DNA from: Mugil cephalus
Lineage: Eukaryota
Direction: 5' to 3'
DNA: 64,000 bases
Assembly (NCBI RefSeq): GCF_022458985.1
Contig: NC_061789.1
Location: forward strand, 11,543,707-11,607,706
Shown here: piece by piece, positions 26,951 through 41,238 of the stretch
Numbering within the stretch: the stretch's first letter is position 1
How the letters are laid out: every line of letters begins with the position of its first letter
The notes under the pieces: model-generated
The model's database searches: none
Told to the model about the DNA's origin: nothing
What the model saw: the letters and a program-made list of their open reading frames with translations, nothing else
Made by a program: the position numbers and the translations under genes

Positions 26951-29900
26951 TTTTGCCAACGTTTCTGCCAATATGCTTCAACTCGAATTAGATCCTCCTT
27001 TAAAGTATTTTTCTTTTCTTTTATTTGTGCTCCTCACCGACTCCCGAACCTGTCTGCTGCTGCTGCTAGAGCCATCATTATCAGCAGACGAGGGCAGGCT
27101 GATAACGCAGACGTCACGCTCACAACAGAGCCGATAAGCTTGGCCTCATTCCTGCATCGCCATCCTAGCGCGCCTCCGACATGACCCTCCGCAGGCTCGT
27201 CGGAATGTAAACAACATTTCACACCGTGTATCGCTGGGGTAAATCTGACATCCTTTAAAAGACACGGCGAGTTTAACACGCCGATGAGGATGATGAGGGA
27301 TGGAGTCGAGGCCTGTAACGTCCTGTCAATGTGGAGGTTTAGGTACGTGAAGAAACGCTGGGATGGAAATACTGAAAACACTCACAGCACTAAGTGCCAA
27401 CCAAGCATCACACTCTCTTCCAACAAGCCTGGGCAGACATAAGAAGGGTGCAAAAGACCCACGATTAAGTAGCGTTCTCTGGTATTGCAATTTGGTTTAA
27501 TTAGGGAACAGAAGGAAATATTTACTGCTCTTTATTTCTCTTAACGCCGCCAACAATGAGCTGTAGCGTGAGCCGCTCCAGGAAACACCTAAGCTCGAAG
27601 CAGAAAATGTTACAGTTTGTCAGAAGAGCTCGTCCAGCGGCTCGAACGCGACACTCAGGAGCAGAATAAGGATTTATGTTCCATGTAATGGTGTTCAATA
27701 AAGCTCAACGAGTCGGAGCCAAGCACATTCTCCAGGCTTCGCATCCACTGGAGACACAGCTCTGGCTTTCCTCTTAAGACGGGAAAACGAGCTTCGGCAG
27801 AGAGCTGATCGATCAAACTTTGACGTGTTTCACAGCTCCGAGTGTCACGGAGTAGCCAGGTGATTCGTCACACATGACGCGCTGTGTTTTCACCGCACAC
27901 TACGTGCATTCAAAATACGAGTACGGTTAGAATTTTCATTTTAAGGCGTTTAAAATCTGATTTAGTGGAGGCCAACCACGACAAGGGCTCAGAAACTTGC
28001 GTCAGGGTGACGAAAGCCAACCTGAAAAATGGATTTTAGAACAACAAAGGGTGTCCACACACGTTAAGAATTTAAAGACCGACAGAACGAAACTGAACAC
28101 GTTTTCCACAGTAGAATAAACTTAGGTTTTAAATTAATACATTATAAGTAATAAAACCAATACTTTCAACACCATCTTATCTTATTTTGGTGATTTTGTA
28201 CATTATATCTCTCAATAATGACAAACTATACTCATGAAACATGGTGACGGCACTGAGAAGAAGTCTGAAGTCAAACAGCACAATCACATAAGTTTGTTAC
28301 GTTTAGTTGTTGAATGACCCCTAGAAATAGTTTGAGTCATTTCAGGAAAAAAAATAAAAACAGCAGGAAAACTAAGAAGGACCAAAGACTTGGAGCAGCT
28401 CTAGCTTAAACGTCAACATAGAACACGAGTGTAGATCTGCTTTTATCACACTGCAGTAACCAAGCCTGTCAGTCATGCTAACAAACCGACAAACATGAGG
28501 CAACATGAGCGATACGTGGTCTGGGCTGACGGAGCTGAGCAGGTGCAGGGCCGGAGCTGCAGAGCGAGGTCCGCTGAGGATAACCAGCTCCACGCCAACA
28601 ACTAGAGCTGCAGACCGGGAACAAAAAGTCAATCAACTTTCATTCTTTTAACAAGCAAAACATCTGGGGGTCACGCCACAAACAAAGAGACACCCTCAGA
28701 GAGAGAGTGAGAGAGAAAGTTAACAATGATCAGGAGAACGTCCCTGAACGCATCCTGTTCCAAGTAAAAAAGAGGAGAACGAATGGGAAACATCTGTTTG
28801 AAGGTCAAACTGGTTAACCGGCGCACAATTCAGTAAAGAGCCTCAAATGCCAGAGTCAGAAACTAATCAAATAGCTGTTAGCTGCAGTCATGAACACAAC
28901 ACGCGTGCTTAAAATGCAATTGGTGGACTCTCGAAGCGTTCACCAGCGACTGGTTCAAGAGCATGTGCGACCATGAACGTCAGAAAAGGTCAGAAACTAC
29001 TACACACCACGTTGCTGCTGTGGTGTTTGAATCAGATCAGTGATGTGACGTTCAAGACCAATAGTCTGAAGAATGACCATGTCCACTTGAAGCAGGCTCC
29101 AATATGGAGTCCATCTCCACAAACCTCTGTGTTAAAAATGTCCAACTTTACAGCAATAAACATGTTTCTCCATTTATGACAACTACGCAAAAGAGACTTT
29201 GAGTCAGACGCTGCCAAGATGGAGATAAATCTGTTTTATTTGATTCAATTGGTGAATATTCTGTACGTCTCTCTACTACGTCTCTCTAAGTGTTGTTTTG
29301 GTTACTATTTGCCAAGAGGCCAGAGTCAACAGGTCCTAATGAGGACTCAGCGGCGGTTTTCAAGTGTTGATCCAGCTGGAAGCAGCTGACGCTCGCCTCG
29401 TTCACACTCTGCTGCGGAAATGCTCTTCCGAAGCCTTCAGGCTCCCAACGCCGGGGGCACAGCACGGCCCCAAAATAATGGCAGCTAATGGACGGATGAC
29501 GTGGCGCTGCAGCAGTTTCCACATTACAACAGCAACTTGCTAATGCAGGTTCAGACTCTCGGCTAGAACTTAGACCAACTGGGTGAAGGAGATCTGGGCT
29601 GATGAACGGGTCTAACCAGATGAAAAAGCTCAGTCATACTCCATCTCCTCTACCAGTCATCAATCATAACTGAGAGAACTTCTTGTGTTCATATGAACTG
29701 ATGGTTTAAAATTATTTTCTGATAATGGAATTAGTTTCTATTGATCAGTGTACTCTTTGGTTTGGTCCAGTTTTCCCCTGCAGGGATGAACCTTTCTACC
29801 CATTTCAATTACTTTGCTATGTTTTATTTATTTACTGTTGGAATACTGATTCTATTCATTAGTGTTGCCTAGATTTAAGCTTTAAATTAAACTGTATCTT

Positions 29901-32900
29901 GGAACCATTTATCCATTAATTTAAACTAGACTAGCTTCATATTGTATGTCTTGAATGTTCACCATCAAATGTTTGCCACCCTTCAACGCACAACTATTAC
30001 GTTTTAAGACCGTGGTCATCGACGTGAAAATGTCATACTGTAAAACAGTTGTCCCTTTAAAGCTGCTCTAAAAGTTCAGCTTTCCACCAAAGCGATCCAT
30101 CTCCCGCGAAGCCTTTCAAGTCTTGTTTTGAAGTGGTTCAGGGTGGAGTGTGATTTGTGTGTTTTGTGTTCCTCTTCCTTTCCGACCCCAAAACAAGAAA
30201 TGGCTCAGGACTCCATGCGCATTGTTCAGCGGGATGTGAGCTCAGCGACCCACGCCCGTTCCTCCTGCCCGTTTACGGACTCACAAAGTGACCTCCATCA
30301 TTCTGGACACTCGTAGCACCGGACCTCCTCCTCCTCTTCCTACTCCACCTCAGAGAGACCTCTTTGGTGGTCACACTTTGTTGAGCCTCCACTTACAGTA
30401 ACAGATAAGATGATAATCTGCAGTTTCTACATGTCCATGGTCGCTAATATTGCTCTAATAATATTAAAAAAACCTTATGCAACCACCTCCTTCAGAGAAG
30501 ACCATGTTGGGTCAAATCTCTGATAGTCTCTCTGGTTGGAATGGATCCATTCTTTCTACATATTATTGTCCCACAAGCGGTTAACCTTCCAGGAGTTTCC
30601 ATGTGGTACAGAAATGGGGAGGCAGCAAAAACAACTATGTGATCAAAGAAGTCTTGGAAAAGATTAACGAAGCCAGAATCAATGTGGACAGCACCATTGA
30701 AAATGGGACTTCATCTCGGCTTTTTATTGAGTCAATTCAGTGTTAAAGTTGGGGAAAAAATACTTATTCTGTTATATATATATATTCAAAAAGCAGAATC
30801 ACTTTATGAGAACAGTTTTTTTGTGAATTGTGTGTTAGAGCATACGTTTTCTTAGTGTCCATGTAAAGGGACCCTACGTAAAAAGATCCTACGTAAAAAG
30901 ATCTCAAGACAAACTTGAGACTGAGATAAACAAAGATACCGATTTCTCCTCTAGAAGTCAGAGCAGACTCATTCGCTCATGTCAAATCGATAATTTAATC
31001 TCTGAACTTCAGTGTTTTTGATCAAAGGAGCTGCAGGAAAATAAGCCGCGACAAAAGCCAGCGGACCACAGATGAATTTATAAAGCGGTCGATGCTCAGC
31101 AGAGTAGAAACACTTTGCAAATATTCTGAACAAACTGATTCAGATCTCAGCTTGTAGTTCGAGTTTAATTTGGATCAGAACAGCAAAGAGAGAATCTGTA
31201 ACAAGTAAACAATGCTTTCATTGAGCAGCTTGGGATTTAAAAATGTGAGATTAAAACTTACACTGACAAACTAAACTGAAAGAGTAAAAGAGAATAAATC
31301 CTCATCCACTTGTTTGGTTTTCCATCTCTGAGAAAAGAGCAGCGAGAGTCTCGATGTGTAGAACTGGAGAAAACTTCATTTCCCTGGAGTCAGATTCCAG
31401 CCTCGGAGAGGGGATCGAAGGTATCACTAAGGGGTTCACATACCAGCGCCATGACATCAGCGCCTCCATTCTTCCCCCCCTGCATTCAAACACACTCTGC
31501 AGCTCGGACAATAGCTGGCACACATTCAACCGAGGAAAGCAGGAAAAAGAACCCAAACCCCGAGCTGCACAGCTGTGAGTGTCGTCACGCTGAGCCGAAG
31601 GCCTCAAACTGCACCGATCTCTCAAGTGCTGGAGCAGATCTTACGCATGCAGTCGAAGTCGAACTTTCTGAGAGAAAATAAAGCCGGTCTCAAACTTCTC
31701 ACCACAGTTCTGACCCAAATGAGAGTGCTGTGAATTCCTGTCATGCTCAGCGGTGGGAAATATTCTTCAGACAAAGTCAGACAAAAATCTGAACTCATAA
31801 GTCAGAAAGAGGACAGAGTCTCTAACATGAGAGAATCAAAGGGTTTTACAAAGCAGCAGCAGTTTAGCCTCTTAAGAGGAAAACATACTCTGGGAATTTT
31901 AGCTTTAGTTCTCGGCTGTTGAAGCTCCTCTCTTGTCTCGCATGAAGACATCAGTCAGAATTTGTGTGGCTCTACTAAACTAAAACTAAAAACTAAAAAA
32001 AAAAAAAACTAAAAATAGCTTTTCCACTTGTGTTTAACTGAAGAAGACAGCTAGAAAACCTGTCAGAAAACCTAGCTGTCACTCAAACAGGGCTGCAACG
32101 ACTCGTAGGCGCTAAAACATTTCCACGCTTTCATGAGGTGGTTTTTCAGATGTATCGGCATAAAAGTGTATAACATAAGTGCAATGGAAACCGGAGATGA
32201 TGCGGCGGGCCGTGTGACCAGTTCATCTTCCTCCTACCCTATGTGATACAGCAAGACGAGACTTTACGAGAGTGGCAGCTCATTCGCAAAACACCTTTCA
32301 ATGGAAACACGTACGAAGCGTAATTGTCAAAATTTCCAAAATATCGCTTTGATTTCGCAAAAAAACTGTATGGAAACGCAGTTAGTGATACTAATCGCCA
32401 GATTAGTCTGGTATCAGCCAATGCCGATACCAGTAAAAGACACAAATATCAACCGATACATCAGTGTCAGCTTCCCTGCGCATTCACAAGTAATAAATGG
32501 ACGAACTACTACTCCCTGTTTTTACCTCTCACATAGACATGCAGGTTAATGTCAGTATGAATGGTGACCCTCTACTACAGGATAATACAGGTGCATTTCC
32601 TATTACGATCAATTTTATCAATTTTAGTACTATAATCAACTACTCAGAAAATGTATTTAAATATATTATATAATAATTGAAACAGCTGAGTTATATAAAA
32701 ATTCATCCCCTTGCAGTTGTCCTGAATGAATAAATAAATAATATAGACCTAAAACAGTTTTTTAACACCAGTCTGCAAAGTTGGAAATTCATATAAATGT
32801 ACAGGTGCTGACTCTTTTTCGGAGCCACCCTCAAGTGGCCATAGGAGGAACTGCAGTTTTTCAGTTTCGCATTTCAGCTCCTGAGAGCTTAGTTTAACTC

Positions 32901-35900
32901 TTTCAAATCTCACAAAAAGTCGATTCCAAACAGAAAAAAGTAAACTAAAGCCACACTCGAATGTCCACTAAAAATGTGACCTCACTTAAAATAAATAAAA
33001 GTGGACACAGCGCACAAATTAATTAGAGTAACCAGTGCGCAGCACCCATCATCCCGTGAGAGAAGTTGTCAAAAAATCTATTTTAATCCACACGTTTTTT
33101 ATGAACCCAACCAAACAGCAGCGGAAAACAAAAACAATAACTGATAAATACAGAATGAAAGCGGTCCAGCAAAGGTCACTGACATACGTCTCCTTTGTCT
33201 TCCGTCCAACATGTTGTTTCTGAAAACAATCACATAGTTTCTGATGTCGTTCGTGGAGTTCTTTGCACTCGACCTATTCTGTCATTTATGGCAGGACGTG
33301 GGGTTTCTGAACCAGAACCAGGCCCTTCTCAGCAAAGACTAACAGTGTTCAGCTCCGGCCACACGGTTGTGGATTCCTTTTAAAGCCGGACCACATACAC
33401 ATTTTTTTTTTCTTTTTTTTACAGTGCAGAATAAACCTGCAGCGGCCTCAGAGATCCATCATTACCTGCGTTTCCTGACTTTGAGCTGGCGGCACGTGGA
33501 CGGACGCGAGTGTTATTTTACGCAGCGCGTGCGTGACCTCAGAGCCGCTCGGCCATGTGACTCCTGGTAGAAAGTCTTGAGCTCGAAGCTCACAAAAGAG
33601 AGGAGCAAGAAGAGAGGCCGGTGCAGAACGTGGTTACATAACTGCGAATAAAGCAAAACCTCCAGCAGCCATTACTCTGCTGCACACAGCCCACCACACT
33701 ACACACTACACACTCTACACGGGACATGGCCTCAAACTAGATTCATTATGGTCTAGTTTTTGAAAGTGAAGACGGCTTCCTGCTCTGCTGCTGCGGGCGC
33801 GCTCACAGGCAGTTATTTCAGATCACGATGGGAGGAATAAGGAGGCAGAGAACTGGAGAGACTCAGTTCAGAAGACAGCCCACGGGCTGATTCAAAATAT
33901 CTACCTGGGTTAATTGGTTTAACTCGGAACTAAATCTGCTCCGACGCCTCTCAGAGGGGAGCAGGAGAGGAGTTTCTGCATCTGATGTTTGGGCGTGAGA
34001 GTTTTACTTCTCTCCGATCCATCGCTCCGATTAGGCCGAGAAGAGGGGGGGTTGAGGAAAAGAAGAAGAAGAAACGGAGGAGTAAAAGATGCAGGAACAA
34101 GAGGTAGAAGGAGTAGAAGAAGAAAAGGGAGAAGAAGTTTTCCTCCAACTTTATTTTTAACACGGACTCGATTCAGCAGAAGAAGACGACGACCATGACG
34201 GAGCCGTGTTTTCAACACATACGTTCATGCCGCTGAGCTGAACCTGAGTGGACATTCCTGAACATCAACAGCTCTGAGGAAGGACGGCTCTCAGTTTCAG
34301 GGCCGAGGTTAAAGCCTCCCTTCTCCTTTCCGTTACGTCAGTCAGGTCCTGAGGGGCCCCTCTCGGCCCCAGCACACACCAGAGCTTTGTTTCCCCTGGC
34401 GGAGGTACGACTACTTTAGAGGCAGCGGGAGATCTGTGTGCTCAGCGGACCAATTAAACATTTAGCACACCAACAGCAGAGCTGACAGACAAACACCAGC
34501 AGCTCAGGCACACAGTCCGAGAGTTTTTAACACTTTGCTTCGAATGGGCTCGGGAGGAGGAGAGAGGAAACTCCCATAATTACCTCCTCGGTTTGTAGTT
34601 TGGCGTTTCTGATGGGAGGGCGGAAGCCGAACATCTTCAGGAAGAAGAGGGCGTCTGGCTGAACAAACAGCTCTCTATATTTGCTTGACCTTTCCTCAGG
34701 CTCCACAGAAAGTAAAGGAAACAACGTGTCCCTGGCTTTTCTTGAATGTGCTCCACTTTCACACATGACTCACGTATTCCTGATCTGTCGGCAGGAAGAC
34801 GGCAGCAAAGACGCCGCAGTGACGCACGAGAAAATTTAATCTGGGTTTAAAGATAAACTCGGCTTAAAACGACTCGCACACACTGGGACAGATACCCACC
34901 AATTTAACTTTAATTAATTTAATTAATTTTTTACAGTGAATATCTGAAACCTATTTCATCCATAAAGCAGCTGGAAACCTCGGGCAGCCGAAGAAAACTT
35001 TAAAACTGCACCACAGCACCTTGATCTGACTCCAGAGGAACACAACCTGCAGACACTGCGTGTTGCATAAAGCATGTGCTCTGCTGTAATTTGAAATGAA
35101 TCTTTTTCATTTGAGTTCCAGCTGTGCAACGTTGTCTTGAAAGAGTTAACACAATGAGAGAGATGAAGGCGTGACCTTCGTGTGCCGCCTCCCAAGCAGA
35201 AAGAGAAACACTTCCCGGGGTCACCACACCAACGTCAGCTGTCGCCGTCTCCTTGGAGACACCGACGTGCACGAGACCCGTCGGTCAATCTCGCCTCAAT
35301 AACAGCTGATGACGATAACACACCACCACGGATATGTAGTCAGATTACTGCAGTGATGGGAAAGACGTTTAAAACAGAGAGGTGCATTATCCTGATTATT
35401 GGTTTGAGTGACTCTGAAAGAAACTTGGGCACAGTACAGGATATTATTTATTTTATTGTTCATTGAATGCACCAACTTATGTGGTCAGAGGTTGTGGAGA
35501 AACAACTTGTTGTAAGACCGATACACACTCCAGCCCTGTAGGAGGCAGTAATACACTAGCGACCTGCTTTTGCGGAAGAAGAACTACCTTCATCTTCTTC
35601 TTTACGACAAAAGAACAAAACAAGACAGAAGTCTACAACCAGTGTGGAGGAGAAAACGCTCTTTAGACTGAGCTGGAGGTGAGAGTTTAGGTCCACACTG
35701 TCTACGCTAGTACGCTAGCTAACGTTTATGAAAAGCATCGACGCAATCATCCAGAGTACCAACAAGAAGAAACTATTTTATTGTTCTCGTTGACACACTT
35801 ACCAGAGTCCTCTACGGAGAGTATTGCATTATGGATCGTGGCAGTTTCATTGCTGGGACTTCAGGAGCATTTTTTTTTTCCTATAGTTCACAAAAATCCA

Positions 35901-36039
35901 GCTGGGACCCCGCTCCCTCTCGAGATTTGGCCCAGATTCTCGTGACACGAGGTGTTCACGGATCCGCTCAAACTAATCGTCGCGATGAACAGACATTTCT
36001 TACTCAAAATAAAAACTAAATGGATGTTGCTTATGTACC

Positions 36040-36340
36040 ACATGCACCTACCACCTAGACCAGACCAGGTAACCCCACCCCACAGCAATGACACTCACTG
36101 ATGGCAGCAGGATGCAGCCTGACACAGGTGAACACACACAAAAATGGTTTAGGAACAACTCAAAAAAACAAACAAACATGAAAAACAGCACAAGGTGTTG
36201 GCCTTGTCTCCAGATTAACTAGATCCCAAACTGATCAATTATCTGTGGGACGTTGTGTAACAGGCCCCTCCTCCCCTAGGAACCATAGGACTCAAAGCCT
36301 CCCCCAACAACATTCAGTATCTTTACATGCACGACTTAAT
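36040..36340 (+). mobile_element. Tc1-derived non-autonomous fragment (copy 2)
   Basis: Paralogous to 12440-12730 (CACCTAGACCAGACC…GATGGCAGCAGGATGCAGCCTGACACA…). Confidence 0.6.
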
Positions 36341-39300
36341 CGAGCTGTGCTCAAAATTCAACTTTCTGGATGCGGCCTTTGTCCCAGTTTACATGCAATG
36401 GAAAAAATCGGATAACGTGTCCTCCTCCTCCACACTAGGTGGCGATACGTGTCTTTTCAGCGAGTTAATACGGCCATAAACATCATATAATAAACAACTG
36501 AAGTCGTTCATGTGGCAGAACAACAACATGGATAATAGTTCAATGTGTGCGCTACTTATGGTGGTTCTGCTAGCCGCTGTTTACCTTCCTCGTCTAGTTA
36601 AACTGAGATTAAGGTGCGTACATGCTGGTGAAAATCGATTTCCAATCGCTTTATCTGGGTGTCTTAGTCGGATAAGGAGAACTCTGATATAAGTCGGAGC
36701 AAAGTGTTGTTTGGAGACACAAGAGAGGCCTACACAATATCAAAAAGGTGGAAATAATGTTATGCTTGATTCGTGCATATGGGTCAAGGCTCATCTATGA
36801 TTCCTGATAAATAATAATAAAAAAAAAAACAGTGGACAGTGAGCCAGTTCTTCAAACAAGAACTCAAAAGCAGAAGCAGGATTTAGCCAGAGATGATTGG
36901 CTGGGCCCAGTTTGAACCCAAACTCATGAATAAAACATAAATCAGATTTGAGGGCGTTAGGCGCTCTCGCCGTTTTGTTCCGGCCTCTCACAGACGGATG
37001 ACGGCTTTACGAGCCCCCGACAATGAGACAGTGATGAGACTCAACGCCAGACACCGCCTCCCGCGGGACGCTCTGTCGGAGAAGACCGATGGAGACGTTA
37101 CAGGCCGGGGAGAGGCTTTCATCTTCCTTTGTCTGTGGTTTAAAAGGAACTCCACCAGGCTCCATGGACTTTTTAGGAGATTTTAAATTCAGAGAGAAGT
37201 TCATGAAGCTTTAATGAGGCAACTGAGGGAAAGTGATGATTTATTAAGTGTTCTAGTTTAAGATGTTTAAATCTTGATGACCTGCAGATTGTGTCATTGA
37301 TATATCTGAACAGTTTCCCATGGATATAAACACAGAAGAAAAACACGAGCCGAAAAACATAAATCAACGAAGCCATTAACGCTGGTTAATAAACGTGAAG
37401 GCTGTTCTGCATTTTAGCTTCTTTTAGCTCCTAGTTGTGCTGCATCAGTCAGAAACGTGAATCATTCGTAGGCAGAAGAGGCAGAAATCTGTGGAAAAGT
37501 TGCTCCTATCGAGGTTCAGGTGAAAGCTCCGTTTAACACCGAGCGACAAAACACTTTCATCTTTGGCTCAGCTTCACATTTCTACTGAGTATCTGCCTCC
37601 TGTTTCCTCAGAGGTTTCCTAGAAACTAGGAACTCGTTATAGAGAACGTGCGTCTACACACGCTGAAATAAATATTCACTTATAACACATTTATGACCAG
37701 AAGCTGTCACATTTATAGCATTAAAACCTTTCCTTTAAAGAAATCTGGTGTTATTTAATGACTAAAAAGACCATTTAATCTCTTCTTAATGCTCAACAGT
37801 GGCCAATTAAAACATGAAAAATGAATCTATTATCAACCTGCTGAAACTACAGGATACTAATTAAACAGTTTGGGGTTAAATTCAATGTTTAAAGGCTTTT
37901 GATTCGCACTTCTGTCGATTAAGAAACAACTAAATTCCACGTGTGCAGCTTCGAAGCTTTTTATAATTCTGGCTCAGCCTATAAAAAAAGAGGGTAAACC
38001 ACTCAGTAGGAAGAGGAAGAAGCTTTTTTTTGGGGATTTCTGATTAGTCTGTAACCGGAGATCTTTGACCGGACTCTCCTAGAGTAAACCGAGGTTAAGT
38101 CGGAGCAAACGGCAGCGCGGTGGCAGCGTGCTGACTGTAAACAGCAGAGAAATGACAATGAGATTCCACGGCATCTGATAAACAGAGCCGACTCTCCCCG
38201 GTGCTGTAATTCCTTTTAATCCTGACCATCTGGGAGCTCTTTGCGATCTGATGATTTTTGGGCGTGGGGGGTCACACACCGAAGCACCGGATGTCGGCAG
38301 GCTAACAGAAAAAAAAAAAAATGACCCAAAATTATGAATGCCAGCGTTTAATCTCGTCTACAAGTATTTTTATTCCAGCTCTCACCCAGAGACGCTCTAA
38401 ACAGTCTGCTGTGGTTTAAAGGTGACGGACCGGGCATGTGTCGAGCTGCTGAACAATGGCGGATAAAGTGACAGGAAGTCCCTCGGGGAGGAGGAGGGGG
38501 ACAGGCCGTCAGCTGGCCGAGGAGACACGTCCGTCGACATTCATATATTAATGTCTATTAACGCCTCGCTGACAGCGCAGTCCCTCTAAACTTTGCTGTA
38601 AATTCAACCACCAGACAGGCAGTATATCAACAGGACACTGAAAAAATAACAGTTTAATCAGTTGTTTGAGTCATTTCAGGCTTGAAATTAGCCATATTTC
38701 ATGGGGTTGATCTTGTAATAAGGATTTAGCTCACATGTATTTAAATTGAAACACTGATAGACTCTGGCTTCAGTTTATCTCCGACTCTCGCTCCGTGTTT
38801 GCTAAACCGACCCAATCAACCTGACTTCAACCAGACCCCTTCATTCTCCTCCTCCTGCAGAGGTCAGAGGTCGGCGGCGACGCTGGACGGCCCTGTGACA
38901 GGTGAGAGGTTATCTGCCTGATAAAGGCTGACCTCCCCTCGGCCCCTGGAGGCCCTCCGAGCGAGGGCCCCTCTTCTGGGTCACTCGAGCAGTGGACAAA
39001 GACGGCTGTCAGGCGGAGGCCGCGGCATTAGTCACACAGAGACGAGGAGTTAAAGGAGCGCGGCCGGAGGATGCTTCGCTTCTGTCAGGTGATCGGAGGC
39101 CTGACACATGAGCCTGGTCATATTGGGAAATGAATGATTTCTTTTTTTCTATGTCCACTTAAATATATATGTTTGCGTTAGGGCTGTAAAAAGAGTCACA
39201 GTCGCACATGTGCAAATGTGCAGTTGACCCGGTAGTGACAGGCAGCAGAACCAATGGATAAAGATGGAGGCGCTAAACAGCACGTTGGCCCTCTCCATGG

Positions 39301-41144
39301 GAAATTTAAGGACAAAAAAAACAAGACTGAACAGTCGACCAACATAAAATATTATGCAAACTCTGAAGGAAAGAGTTTTCTTTTCACCTAAGCACTTCCA
39401 GTTTAAGATACCACATTAACATGAAGCTTACGTTAGTCAGGGGTTCTGCTAGCACTTCGGCTAACGCGTCGCCCAGCTTGAGACAAACCAAGACGAAGAC
39501 AAGCTGGCAATGCTGACCTGCAAATATCTGGCCACTCCTGGAACCACTGTTCAACGTGAGAGACCGTTCTCAGTTGGAAACATTGTAAATAAGAAGCGGT
39601 CAGCTCTCCTCTCAGATAACGGGAACACGTTATTTGTCTTGGTAGCTGCTGAAAGACGACTAACAGGGCCACATAAATGTGGAGAAATGTTTGTTTAAAA
39701 AAAGGGGGAAAAAAGTTGTTAAGTTGTTTTGTTGAAACTGTGCAAAGTGCATATATATGCACTTCTTTCTTGAGCCTTCATGCAAAATGAAATGCGATTA
39801 AAATACATAAAAGATTAATGATATTTAATCGTGATTAATCGAAATTAATCCACAGCAACTCTGATTAAAAAAAATCTGATTAAATCTGATTTTTAATTGT
39901 TTGACAGCACTAATTTGTATATACAAATATAAATATAAATTTACAACAATGGATTCTTTCAGTCCTTTTTACGCTTCCTCTTGTTACGCTAACTTGGCGC
40001 ATAATCTCCAAACATAGGAACATCACTATTACAGCCAGTGCTGTTTGATGTCTGCATCTGAGTTCACGATTTCCACAACAACTTGCAGCTCAGAATCAGA
40101 AAGAGTTTGCGCCAGAGGTTTTAAATATTCATCTAAAACCGGGAGCTACCGCTTTGAGCTGCAGTAGATTGGCCCATTAACGCCAGAGTTTCAGTAGGTG
40201 TGACAGCAGCAGCAGACAAAACTCAGCAGAAATCTTGTTTTAAGAGTCAACGTCTCCTCTGACGTGTCGCCCTGCAGCGAAATGAAACGTCTGCAGGCTT
40301 AGTGAAACACAGAGGACGGGAAAATCCTCTGATCTGAAGAAGGGTACAGGCTGGAACAAAAAAGTGTGAGTTGACTGAAGCTTCCAGTGGAAAATAAACG
40401 AGGTGTTTTCTGTTTGTTTTTTTACTCTAAAACTGCAAAACAGAACCAGAACTCGTCTTTTTGGACTTTTTCCTGAAACTTTTTTAAAAAAAAAGAGAGA
40501 TAAACTGATTCAGAAATTCATCATAAGATTAAAGCTCTTGTGGAACAACTAGCAGGATGAGCTACAGCTTCTGAATATTCATTCATTTCTTGTAATATGT
40601 GGAATTAAGGAGGTCACGCCCCTCTTTGAAAGCTTTGGTCAACTCCAATGGCTGGAGCCATTCAGGAGGAAGGAGGGGCTTTCAAATGCAAGAAAGCGTT
40701 TATTTGGTCTAACACACGCCTGAGTGCAGGATGAGTCATCGACATTTTAAAGAGTCCCGTTAAGGTTCGTGCAAACAGAAAGAGAGTAGCAGAGTCGAGC
40801 CAGAGACCATTAATGTGAATGAAATTCAGCAGAAAAAAAAAAAACTTTGGGGACATGAAGTGGACAAATACAAATCTGAACTTTGAGGCAGTGACCAATG
40901 ATAGAGTTGAGTGACACATGACGCAAACAGAGTTCCCAAAGGGTTTATCATCTAACCATCCTCAACTTTGGTCCCCACAGCCAGAATCACCATGCTGTGG
41001 CTTGTTCCTCTCATTTTCAAGAGGGTTGCCGTGGCAACCACAGCCTGCAACGTCCACCGGGGACGACGAGAGACATGTGGAAGGAGGTTTGGATTAAAGT
41101 GAGAGTAGCTACAACAGCAGCGAAGAGAAGAATGAACGACTTAC

Positions 41145-41238
41145 TGTTCCTGTTGGTCTTAAGTTTAGACAGCAGCTTCTGAGTGGACACCAGGTCTCCG
41201 CTCTTCACAGCCTGCAGCAGGTCCTGCTCCTTCCCCAT
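41145..41238 (-). CDS. caskin2: caskin2 exon 1 coding part: MGKEQDLLQAVKSGDLVSTQKLLSKLKTNRN
   Basis: ATG in a Kozak context (gaggaggATGG) and donor aaca|gtaagt. Matches the human CASKIN2 N-terminus [31 protein letters not shown]. A (GAG)n repeat lies directly 5' of the ATG in the 5'UTR. Confidence 0.85.
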
